Source: Moniliella sp. 'wahieum'
Taxonomy: Eukaryota
NCBI GenBank assembly: GCA_003971905.1
Contig: RSEE01000010.1
Span: 186,001 to 250,000 of the forward strand
Direction: 5' to 3'
Length of the DNA: 64,000 nucleotides
The position numbers and the translations under genes are program-made. Every line of letters starts with the position of its first letter. Positions within the stretch are counted from its first letter, which is position 1. The notes below the pieces were generated by a model. The model made no database searches, was not told where the DNA came from, and worked only from the letters and a program-made list of their open reading frames with translations. Shown here piece by piece: positions 24,329 to 34,815 of the stretch.

Positions 24329-25193
24329 TGTCACGGGCGGCGCCGCCACGGGCCCGCCCTGGGGTTTTTTGGGGTACAATCCCTTAGGCGACGGTAGGTC
24401 GACTCACGGTAGTTTCGGGCTTGGGCTGGTTGGTGAATCCGAGCAGAGCTAGGGACGAGGAGAGGCCTTTGGTGAGGCGGCTGCATGTGTGGCAAGGCTG
24501 CGTCTGCACCGGCTTGGGCGTCACTGTCTGAAGCCACCGGGACTTAGGGACGGGAGGAGGCAACGGCGGACAAACACTGCCTTGACTGAGACTGGAAATC
24601 GACGCGGCCAGAGGAGGGCTCGCGCGACTGGACTGGCGGGTTTTGCTGGAGGAGAAGTCGGACGCTAACAAAGCAAGCTGCCTGTACTGTGGATCAATTG
24701 GCTGAAAACGGGCAGGAGTCGGACAGGATAGGCGAGAGGGTAGACAAGGGGGTTGAGACGAGAGATTGACGAGAGGGTTGAGACGAGAGTGGGGACGAGA
24801 ATGGAAGGTGGGGGAAAGATCCCCATCAACCAGGGTACAGGCAGGATCAAAAGGGAAACGGATACAAGAGGGGGGTGTAGAAAGGAAGACATGTCAAAGC
24901 GAGGTTGGTCGCCACAGGCGCGACCGAGAAAGGAAACGGAAACGGGGACGGGACGGAAGACGCCGCCACGGGACTGGAAGCTCGGTGGGCCTTATTACTT
25001 AGGCCGGCCGACTTGGGCTTGGGCGGGGGCGACTATTGTCGCACGGAGCATTATGGCCCTTCGGCCACGATACTTAATTAGCCAACCATCATCACACTTG
25101 GTTGGCCTTCGGAGTAAGCTCTACTGGACATGTGCGGAGCAGGCGGGCCTTAGCTTCGGTCGGACCATCTCGAGTCCGCCGCAGCCCGTGACA
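24329..25193 (-). mobile_element. Solo-LTR-like element, 865 bp, copy 2 (inverted relative to copy 1)
   Basis: Perfect 10-bp terminal inverted repeat TGTCACGGGC...GCCCGTGACA; exact target duplication ATCTT at 24324-24328 and 25194-25198. Confidence 0.88.
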
Positions 25194-25601
25194 ATCTTAG
25201 CTTTGAGAGCCTTGACGTAGACGTAGCCTAGGCAAGGGAGACAAGGGGAGAGGATGAACTCGGCTGGGATCGCCCAATCGCCGTCGCTCGTAACACGCAT
25301 TAGGGAGGTCGATGGACTATATGCACTGCGCGTTCTTTATTTGACCCCCAGGAGCCATCCAAGAGTCATCACATATGTCCATGTCATAGAGGGCAAATAG
25401 GGCAGCGTGGTCAAGACACATTAGTATAATAGTGACTAGCGAGGGATTATCGATTATTACGAGTTGTTATACTGTGTGAGAGGACCGGCGCATCCCGATG
25501 GAGAAGAGCGCTTTTACATTATGGTCCTTTCTTGTAAGTTACACCCAAAAAAGAGCCTTGCTCACAAAAAGGGCTATGTCTACGGCTAGTAGGCCAATAT
25601 A

Positions 25602-25759
25602 ATGCTTACCCTTCCTCTCTCCTCTGGATCACACGTCCATTTCATTGACAGAGCTTAAGGCTGGGACAGGGGAACGCTACGTCTAAACCTAACCGTTCAT
25701 CTTGCGGGGTTACTTGGGGCGCCACTAAGGTCATATGCTTACCCTTCCTCTCTCCTCTG
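25602..25759. repeat. 25-bp direct repeat ATGCTTACCCTTCCTCTCTCCTCTG at 25602 and 25735
   Basis: Two exact copies 133 bp apart. Confidence 0.85.
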
Positions 25760-27416
25760 TGTATTTGATGCAGTTCTAACAAAATGATGGTAGGTGGGAG
25801 ACGCCTCCAAAAGCACAGGGAAATGAAACACTGAAGAAACAATGGGCACATCATCATATGTAGACTCGCAAATGGATGAGTGACCGCCGCATCGTGGTGG
25901 AAGCCCACTGCACTCTTAGGACGTGCTGGTGATGAGGCTGCACACACTGGCGTGAAGACTGTCATCGGAGAGAGAGGAGAGGTTGGCCGCCCACTCAGTA
26001 ACTGAGCGTTTTTGATGGTTGTGAGAAGTTCAGGCACGTTCAGATATGATGTTGCAACCGGCGAGAGATGCACGATGGTTAACGCTGAAGAGGTTTAGCG
26101 TTTAACGTACGTTTAACACTTATTAACGTTTAGGCCTTAGGACGTTATGAGAGGGGCTTGTCGAGCGCACATGAAAACCTTGAACAAAGACCGAGGTTAA
26201 GAACATATTGAACGAACGCGTGTATGTACATTGAATTGAGACTCATACTCAATCTTCGATGGTGGAACACAAAACGCGGCCTCTGTAAGCTGTATCGGTT
26301 ATCCACTTCCAGCTACTGAATATTGATTGAAACATCATGTCGAAGCAAAGAGAAGGGAATGATTAATGAAGGGGAAAAGGGAGAAAAGTGAGAAGGTAGA
26401 AATGACATCTTGTGAGAGCAACACAGGATGCATATGGGCGCGTGGCTTGGCCATATGGCGTATCATATCACATGCAATCACACAGCACTAACCACTAGTC
26501 GGTCACAGTCACATGTCACACTCACTAGGCAACGGCAGCATTGTTTAATTTAAGGTGGCCTGAGGCCCTCAGAGCCATGGGAGTGGGCCGCTAGCCTGAG
26601 CGCCCACGCATATCATGCGCCATGCTGAGGCTACTGAGGCACCCCGTGCGAACATCGAGTGCACCGAGCCGAACGTGCAGACTGGTGCCGGCGGGATAGA
26701 GACATGCGAGACCCTGCGACACCTCATACTGAAACTGCGGGAGAATTTTGTCACAGGTCACCGGTCACTGATCGATGATGGATGGTCATCGTTCACCTGC
26801 CTATCACAAGATCACACGAACCACGCCGCGTCGAATTTAAGCTTTAAGCTTTACGCGTTACGCCTGCATAAGCTTTGTTTAAATGTCCGCTGTCACATAC
26901 ATCGCAATGTGACATGCAGGATGCATGGCAAGGAGGGGCAGTATAGATGTAGCCTCAGGCCGCAGGCAGCGCCTGGCCACCGCTGCTCAGTATGTCTCAG
27001 AACTCAGTTCCAGATCACTTTGCCTGGTTTGCAATGCTGTGGTCTTTACATGCATTACACGTGACGCATTACTGTCGCCTTTCGTGACAAGCCTGCCAGT
27101 ATTCCTACGAGATCTGATATCTCTGGGATCTGAGCAGTGATAATACACACAGGGAAAAGTGCTAGGGGTGCAATCATTAATCATGACTGCATGACGGAAG
27201 CAGGCGATGAATATTGAATGTTTTGGCCTCACAACGTGGGGGGGAAAGCACCTCGAGAGGGGGCGCAAAGCCTGATGCACAAGTCCTTTGTAATGATCCT
27301 GGTTCCCCAGCCATGTCCTTGGTGCAGTTGCGCAACAGTAGTGAAGGGAAAACAGGAGCTGGGTTGAACGTTGAACCTTGAAACGTTGAACATTGACGTT
27401 AAACCCACTGACTGAG

Positions 27417-27603
27417 GAAGAGAAGAAGAAGAAGAAGAAGAAGAACGAAGAAGAAGAAAAAAGAAGAAGAAGCGAAGAAGAAGAAGAAGAAGAAGAGAAG
27501 AAGAAACGAAGAGAAGAATGAAAGAAGAAGAAGAAGAAGAAGAAGAAGAAGAAGATAAGAGAAGACGAAGAGAAGAAGAAAGAAGAAGAAAAGAAGAAGA
27601 AGA
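27417..27603. repeat. Imperfect (GAA)n polypurine microsatellite, ~190 bp
   Basis: Near-continuous GAA units with a few interruptions. Confidence 0.95.
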
Positions 27604-28386
27604 TGGGACCTATTATAGGTCACAGAGGATGAGGGACACCGGCATGTGGTGCCGCATTAGTATAAGAATCAGAGTGATCTCGGAGGTGCATGGCTGGTTG
27701 CTCAACACTTTTGGTCCATGGGGCCTTTGTTTAGTAGCATCTCGTCTTCGCTTCTCCCGGATACCATCCTCAGGATTGCAGTGGCGAGGGGGGAAGAAGA
27801 GACGGGGTCACACAACGAGAGCCCTCTGAGCGCTAGGCTCATATGCTCCCTTTGACTCCTCACTGTGCCTCTCTCCGTCCCGCTCCCCGAATATACCAAA
27901 AACATTAACTCTGACACGTTACCACATTTCACAAACCGACGCTGCCTCCGCATTCAGCGGAGTAGGTCTCACCTGGTCCCGTCCGGGTGGGTTAATTGTT
28001 CAGGGGCACAGACGCTATACTCCGGTTGGACGCAAATGACGGGATTCAGAAGGTCCAGGTCTGCTGTGTTGAGCTAAGTGGCTCATGATTTGGCCAATGT
28101 CCCTTCAGCTCCTCCTCAGGCCTAGGAGTTCCGCTGTTTCCCTCTCCTGTTTCCCTCCTTGCCCCGCTTAGCCCCTGATGGCGACTCGCTGCTTGACGTT
28201 CCTCTGTAAGCATTGCTGGTTGCACACCACCACCCCACCACCAGTGCGATTGCATCACCCTCGAGGACCATCAGGACTCCAGGTCTCATCATGCTGGCAG
28301 CGTCATTGGCCTTCTGATTAGTAGAACGAGCTTTCTTTGTTAGTGTGAAGATACTGTAACATTGCGTTAAAGATGACCTTTCACAA

Positions 28387-28480
28387 GCTTCAATGGGTTA
28401 GTGTATACTACATCGTTGCCATACTGGCCCCGTGCCTGTAAAACGTCGATGTGACAGGGGTTCGATTCCCCTTTGAAGCA
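28387..28480 (+). tRNA. tRNA-Gly(GCC) with a 24-nt intron (28422-28445)
   Basis: Acceptor stem GCTTCAA/TTGAAGC plus A73; anticodon stem CATCG/CGATG with loop TT-GCC-A^T; intron at the canonical 37/38 position, containing TGGC complementary to the anticodon; T arm AGGGG-TTCGATT-CCCCT. The D loop reads AGTGTA, one G short of the invariant GG (possible sequencing deletion). Confidence 0.9.
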
Positions 28481-28486
28481 TTTTTT
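28481..28486 (+). terminator. RNA polymerase III terminator (T6)
   Basis: TTTTTT immediately after the tRNA discriminator base. Confidence 0.85.
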
Positions 28487-29181
28487 GCTTTTGTTGCCGA
28501 TGAGCGAGCCCAAAAAGCTTAGAACGTTTCGTTGTCCCTGGTGAAACTGGTGAAGCTACTGCAATGAAGTTTTGCAAATGGGATGACAACAGTTGATATG
28601 ATATGGACCGAATTAGGGTTACAAATACGTTTCCTGTTCTCGTCGTTATCGCGTTGGCCATGCAACCTAACTCGATCTGATAGATAATGGGGGACCCGCT
28701 AAGTATGTGCGGATTGCATCCGCAGCCACAGTGCCGCGGCGCTTTTGTGCCGAGCGGTTTGCCGCGGACGACTGGGTACGGCGTCACGCATCTGGCATGG
28801 TGCCCTATCATGGGCCGGCGGACATAGTGTGTTGGGGTGGACCAGGTAGTGGACCTTGGGAGGAGGCACAAAAGAGAGATCGAAGAGAGAGAGAGAGGGA
28901 CTGCTGTGTTGAAGGGTTCAAGGTTGCTAAGCGAAGAGTTCGACAGCCAGCGGGTGGAGACTGACTATCTTAGCCTGCGTGAATGGGGCGTGGTGGCGCT
29001 TCCGCAGGCTGTGGAAGCGTGGAAACATAGAAGCTGCTGCTGGTGGCCAAAAGTGCCTGACCTAATGCGCACCCGTAACTCAGGCTTTAGGGTAACTCAG
29101 GACTCAGATTCAGGCCTAAGGGCCTCAGGTGAAGCCTCAGGCTGAGGCCCTACGACATTATGCATTAATAGGCTTCGACTT

Positions 29182-29341
29182 TGTTGACATCCGTCCTAGG
29201 ACCGCGCGGACCCTGAGTCACGTGAGTCAGCTTTCATTCCTTCCGAGCTCGCACCAGTCTTCTGGACGAGTCAGTCGCAGAAGCTTCTTAGTCCAATACG
29301 ACGTTCAGTGCTCACATTCTGTGGTAGTAGCGAGGCCGACA
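29182..29341 (+). repeat. 5' LTR (160 bp)
   Basis: TGTTGACATCC...GAGGCCGACA; identical by eye to 34081-34240. Confidence 0.97.
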
Positions 29342-29395
29342 GAGTTACATCCTTATCTGCTCATCCCTGAGCTGGCCAAAACTACACCCACAACC

Positions 29396-30643
29396 ATGGG
29401 CGCCAACGCTAACACCGATCTCTCGGTCAGCGACACCACAATGGTGAACAAGCGCGATTACTGGACACCAACCGGTCGCGATCCGCCACCGATTGGCACC
29501 GACAACGAGGAACTCATGATGCTTTGCGCCGAAGCGCACCTGTGGTTCAAGAAGACGAACGACATCGATGTCGTTAAAGAGAAGATCAACAGAGCTATAC
29601 ACGACAGAGCCGAGTGGCTTGGATGGAAGGACGAACCTACGTCTATCACGACAAACTGGGTTCGACGGGCTACGAATTTTGTGGTGCAAAACATCCACCA
29701 AATGGAAACTCAACCCAACGCAACTTTGGGGGCACCTACAGGCGCAGCCTCGCGACCCGAGTACGACCTTTACAGATCACTACGCGAGTCTCCCACCAAG
29801 AATATCAAGTGGCCTGATCTGAACAAAGACCCGTCCGCCTACAGCGCTTGGGAAGACGAATTTCTCTTCGCGATAACAGATGCCCACCCCCACGCAAGCG
29901 ACGTCGTCCAGAATGGTCGCAGCTCCCGCTACTTCACCGAGGACCTCGACAGACGCTTGCACAACCTTCTTAGGGAAGCCATGCCGTCAACCCTCTTCCG
30001 GACGATCCGCACCCACCACGAAATATCATGCACCCAGGACACGCTGAACATGCTGCGTCAGCGGTATGGATATACGCCTACCGCAAACAGAGGGCCTCTA
30101 CTCATTCGCTACTTTTCGGCCGACCAAGGAAACCGATCGGGTCGAGACTACCTCGACTACATGGAAGAGATCAGTGCAAGCCTGACGCGAGCGGGCATCC
30201 CACTTACGGAAGAGCAGGAACGCACTGGGATCCTACTCGGCTTACGCGACATGAGCATTCGCCAGCGTGAAGAGCGCTCGAGTCTAGACAAGTTACGGCA
30301 GGCCGTGATGGACATACCAGCCGCCACGTATCCCGGTGGAGAAAGGAAGAGAAACGGAGGCAAGCCGGTCAACGGAGGAACGCCTTGGACTCGACCCGAC
30401 AGCGGGGGACGACCCACCAGCGGGGGAAAAAACTCCAGCGGGGGCAAAGCCGGCGACGACAACCTCGCGGACACAAAGACCAAGGGGCAAGACCGCACCA
30501 ACCAACCCTGGCGCAGCGCGACGTCTAATAAACCTGTTGTCCCTCCGCGCAACCCAGGCCGAGCCAACGCTCACGTCGCTCAGAGAGCGAGCTCTCCCGA
30601 GTCTGAAGTGATTGACGTTGATGCGGGCACAGCTGACTACTAG
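29396..30643 (+). CDS. gag: Retrotransposon Gag (415 aa, no CCHC knuckle), ends at an in-frame TAG
   Basis: accATGG 55 nt after the 5' LTR; predicted helical core (YSAWEDEF...LRQRYG...YLDYME..ILLGL) followed by a basic Gly-rich tail. Confidence 0.85.
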   Translation: MGANANTDLSVSDTTMVNKRDYWTPTGRDPPPIGTDNEELMMLCAEAHLWFKKTNDIDVVKEKINRAIHDRAEWLGWKDEPTSITTNWVRRATNFVVQNIHQMETQPNATLGAPTGAASRPEYDLYRSLRESPTKNIKWPDLNKDPSAYSAWEDEFLFAITDAHPHASDVVQNGRSSRYFTEDLDRRLHNLLREAMPSTLFRTIRTHHEISCTQDTLNMLRQRYGYTPTANRGPLLIRYFSADQGNRSGRDYLDYMEEISASLTRAGIPLTEEQERTGILLGLRDMSIRQREERSSLDKLRQAVMDIPAATYPGGERKRNGGKPVNGGTPWTRPDSGGRPTSGGKNSSGGKAGDDNLADTKTKGQDRTNQPWRSATSNKPVVPPRNPGRANAHVAQRASSPESEVIDVDAGTADY

Positions 30644-33600
30644 GAACTCGGGGGCGAAATGCGAATCATCCGGGCATTATATGACAGTGGGGCATTCCCA
30701 TCCATTTGGAAAGACAAATCCGTCTTCACATCCATGACCCCTTGCGACGACGAGATAGAGGTTGCTAACGGGACACATGTAAAGGCGGAAGGACGAGGCA
30801 CGGCCACAATCCGTATCCGATGCTTAGGAGGACACCAAATGGAGATAAAACTCCCCAACAGCCTATACATGCCCCGTTTCAGCCGAAATCTCGTCAGTGT
30901 AGCACACCTGTCGAACACCGGAATCGCATCATACTTCGCCCCACACCAGAAGGGTATCTGGCTTGGTAACCCAGGATCCACCCTACGAAAAGTAACCGGC
31001 AGTGACTATCAATTCACGATCTTACACAACCCGCGAACGCCACCCACACCCCTGCGGGCCATGGCGACCAAACCGATCAAACCGGCCGACCCACCCTCAA
31101 CCCCAAACTCCCTCGCAGCATCCCTGGCCCTGGACCACGTCTCTAAAGCCCACAAACGCTGGAACCACGCAGCCATCGACCTCCTCCCCTGGCTTACACG
31201 ATCGGAAACCGCAGGCCTCCGCGTCACAGCCAAGCATATCTCCCTCTGTCGTTCAGAGTGGGATTGCCCAACATGCGCGGTGGCACTAGCGACAGCATCG
31301 CCCCATCCGAGCCGGGACCGCCTCCGATCCAAAAGACCTTTCGAGGTCCTCCACGTCGACGTAGTAGACCTCCCCCGGGTAACCGGCATGGGGCACGGAT
31401 ACGCCCTCGTCGCCGTTGATGACTTCACGCGGTACGTCTTCACCACAGCGATCCCGACAAAGGGCGCTGCAACGAAGGAACTGCGGAACCTCATATTGCG
31501 GGAGCAACGCTACGGCCCGGACAGACTGCTGCGGACTTTGCGCACGGACAACGCCCCCGAATTGACAAGCGCACTGCAACCTTTTCTGGACGAGCAAGGC
31601 ATCACGTCAGAACGGACAATCCCGGGGCAGAGTGCTAGCAACGGTGTGGCTGAGCGTGCCATCCGAACCATAACGACTCGTGCAAGGCAGTTGCTCTTGG
31701 GTACAGGTCTTCCGACGTCGGACTGGTGGGAACACAGCCTCCACGCTGCGTGCTTCACCCAAAACCAAATGCCACTCAAAACATCCGGGGAAGACAACAA
31801 ATCGCGATTTGAGCGATACAAAGGCCACGCATACTCGTTACCGATGCAACCCTTTGGCCGCGTTGCATACCTCCATCTGCCCGAGTCACGCCGCGAGCAC
31901 AAGCTCAGCGCGCGGGCAGAGGAAGGTATGCTGGTAGGATACCACCATCAGCGCGGATCAAAGGGATGGCTCTTCGCCACATACCAACCATCCCTGGGTA
32001 CCTTCACCTACCGCTGGTCGAAACCGTACAAATGGGGCAACGCCATCTACCCCCATCTCCACCCCGACCACTTCCCACCCGACATCTCCAAATCACCTCA
32101 AATTAAAATCGACAGTGAAAAAGACGCTAACCCTACTCCGCCAGCCGCGGCAGCACCCATGCCCCGAACCGCCGCCACACCCCAGACACCCGCTCCCACC
32201 ACCACCCCCCCTCCGCGCCGCTACCCCCTCCGCCAGCGCACCACCCGCACCTCCCTCGACCTGCACACACTCCCAATCGCTGACGACCCCACCGACACGA
32301 CCTACCATGCTCGTGCTGCAGCCGCCACGCCCCACTGCGCCGCACCAGAGATCGGCATCGCCCGCCCCCTACCTGACACATCCGCCCCCCCGTTTGCCGA
32401 CACAGTTCAACCTCCCGAATACGCCGCCATGACTGCTCTCAGCGCACCCATCCACCCGGACACGGTTCAGCTCACCAAGGATGGCGTACCCCTCGCTCCC
32501 AAGACGCTCAAGGGTCTCGAGACTCACCCCTCCTTTGCCATGGTCAAGCAGGCTATGGCCGACGAGGTGGCCACACTCGCGCGATACGGCACCTACGAGG
32601 CTACGTACCCACCACCGGGTGCACAAATCCTCATAGGACTATGGCGCATCACCACAAAGACGGACGCCGAGGGCCGGTTCCTGCGCCACCGCGCGCGCTT
32701 TGTCGCGGGCGGACACCAACAATCGGCCGAGACTTGGGGCCAGACGTTCGCACCATCGGTGCGCACACCTGCCATCCTGACCCTCGTCGTGCTGGCCGAG
32801 AAGTATAAGTTTGGCCTCTTCTCGGCGGACGTCAATGCAGCGTACCTGAACGCCCCCCTCGAAGAAGCAGTCTACATCCGCCCACCCCCCTACTTCCCCG
32901 AAGCGGGTGGTCGCGTGTGGCGTCTCAAGAAGAGTCTATACGGGCTACATCAGAGCGGAGCAAACTGGGCACGATACATCCGGAACCTGCTGCGTGACAA
33001 GCTCGGCTTCACGCAAAGCTTGACCGAGCCCTGCTTGTTCGTGCGCGCTGCACCACCGGGTGAGCAGATCCTCCTGGCGGTCCACACCGACGATCTGCTC
33101 CTCGCATGCAAGTCACACCAAAAGTACGAGGAGTTTATGGCCGAGATAAACACACACATTGATGTTCGTGGTAACGGTCCCCTTCACTACCACCTGGGAT
33201 GCCAATACGATCGGATCGGTGGGGAGCTGTACCTGAGCCAACCAAAGTTCATCGAGGAAGTGGTGGCAAAGCACCACATCAAAGCCCCGTGGATCCGGAC
33301 TCTCCCACATCCCGTACGGATGATACCGCCCCGTGCCGACCCTGAACCCCCATCCCTCCCAGCCTTGCGCAAGGCATATCAGGGGAAGATCGGATCGGGA
33401 CTGTGGGCTGCACGAATGGGCCGGCCTGACTCCCTCTTCGCTATCACGGCCCTCAGCAGAGCCGCTGCCGACCCATCGCAGCAGCATCATCAAGCAGTCG
33501 ATGACTTCCTTCGCTACCTGTACCATACTCGAGGAAAGGGCCTGAGGTTGACCCCAACATCAGATGCACCGGCCATTGCGCTGTATACAGATTCCGACTT

Positions 33601-34086
33601 GGCGGGAGATCCCATCCAGGCACGCTCCACATCTGGATGCCTACTGATGGTGTACGGTGTGCCGGTGTCGTGGCGATCCATTCTTCAGCCGAAGAGCGTT
33701 ACCAGTACCGCCGCCGCCGAATATACGGCAGGATATGATGGACTGGTTGACGCCAACTATGTCAAGAACATCATGATCGAGCTTGGGGCCATCGGCGAGG
33801 GTACACCCATTCATTGGTATTGCGACAATAAGTCTGTCGTCGATCTCGCCCACAAATTTGGCAGCACCGGCAAGCTCCGAGAGCTGAAGATCCGGTACCA
33901 CAATGTACGGCAACACGTGGACTCGGGCGAGGCCATACTTGTACACATCCCCGGCGAAAGGAACCCAGCGGACGTCCTCACCAAGCCTCTCGGCCGTCCC
34001 GCCCTGACAAGCCATCTTGCTCAACTCCGCGTCGAGGAGATGGATCCAGTCCACATGACTGGGCCCTCCGGTCAGCGGGGTGTTGA
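30644..34086 (+). CDS. pol: Retrotransposon Pol (protease, integrase, reverse transcriptase, RNase H); as assembled the frame stays open through the 3' LTR to 34549
   Basis: PR LYDSGA; IN HKRWNH..CPTC, LHVD, VDDFTRY, RTDN, NGVAER; RT RARFVAGG, DVNAAYL, LKKSLYGLHQSG, HTDD; RH YTDSD, AEY, CDNKS, NPADVLTKPL. The end given assumes one G is missing from the G run at 34077-34080. Confidence 0.93.
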
Positions 34087-34240
34087 CATCCGTCCTAGGA
34101 CCGCGCGGACCCTGAGTCACGTGAGTCAGCTTTCATTCCTTCCGAGCTCGCACCAGTCTTCTGGACGAGTCAGTCGCAGAAGCTTCTTAGTCCAATACGA
34201 CGTTCAGTGCTCACATTCTGTGGTAGTAGCGAGGCCGACA
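34081..34240 (+). repeat. 3' LTR (160 bp)
   Basis: Identical to the 5' LTR; preceded by a short purine-rich tract AGCGGGG. Confidence 0.97.
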
Positions 34241-34245
34241 GACTT

Positions 34246-34815
34246 GATTAAGTTCAAGCTGTTGCGTTCAAGCTCCACACGAGGTTCACGTTTGAAGAGC
34301 TTCAAGACTGTTCAAACTCAGAGCTTCAGCGCTTCAAGCTGTCTTCAGTTGTACTCAGTACTCCGTATAGGCTTCAGCGCCTCAGCCTCAGCAGCCTGGC
34401 AACACGTGAGGCGTGACGGGTGGATATGGCGCGTGAATATGAATCTTGAAGGCAGCACATTGTCCTGGCGTGGGAGGGGGGACGTGCGACTTGTGCGGCG
34501 GGTGCGGCTTGACAGCCTCTGGAGGGTCCCAGCCTGCCCCAGCGAGTGAGGCAGACTCTGGTAGACTGTAGACCAGGGTAGAATAGGGTAGACTGTAGGA
34601 GGGTGTGTGTGATGCGGATGTACGTCGTCTCGGCCAACAAGGGGGATCATTGCGATCATCGATCTTCGAGTGCGACCAGCGGTCAGCACGTCAGTTCGGA
34701 CCCCCGATCAGTGATCATCGATCATCGATCACTAGTCACTCTGGTCACTTGTCACTAGTCACTAGTCACTGTGCGGACTTCTCCGATCTGAGATCCAAGG
34801 GCCTGAGAGGCTGAG
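34246..34815. repeat. Palindromic micro-repeat mosaic (AGCT, GTAC, TCGA, CTAG, GATC, GGCC cores)
   Basis: TTCAAGCT repeats 34253-34340; GTACTCAGTACTC 34351; TGATCATCGATCATCGATCACTAGTCA 34712; GTCACTAGTCACTAGTCAC 34751. Confidence 0.85.

Larger units (their letters stand above)
29182..34240 (+). mobile_element. Full-length Ty1/Copia LTR retrotransposon, 5059 bp
   Basis: Two identical 160-bp LTRs (TG...CA); target duplication GACTT at 29177-29181 and 34241-34245; domain order gag-PR-IN-RT-RH. Confidence 0.98.

Noticed and set aside
27399..27829. Poly-Leu/Phe and poly-Glu/Arg ORFs
   Set aside because: They are translations of the GAA microsatellite.
19423..28480. Functional linkage of TRL1 with the intron-containing tRNA gene
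   Set aside because: They are 5.8 kb apart with a mobile element between them; intron-containing tRNAs are common in basidiomycetes, so proximity is probably chance.
29129..29395. ORF-track extension of gag upstream through the 5' LTR
   Set aside because: It starts at a GTG in flanking host DNA; the ATG at 29396 after the LTR is the credible start.
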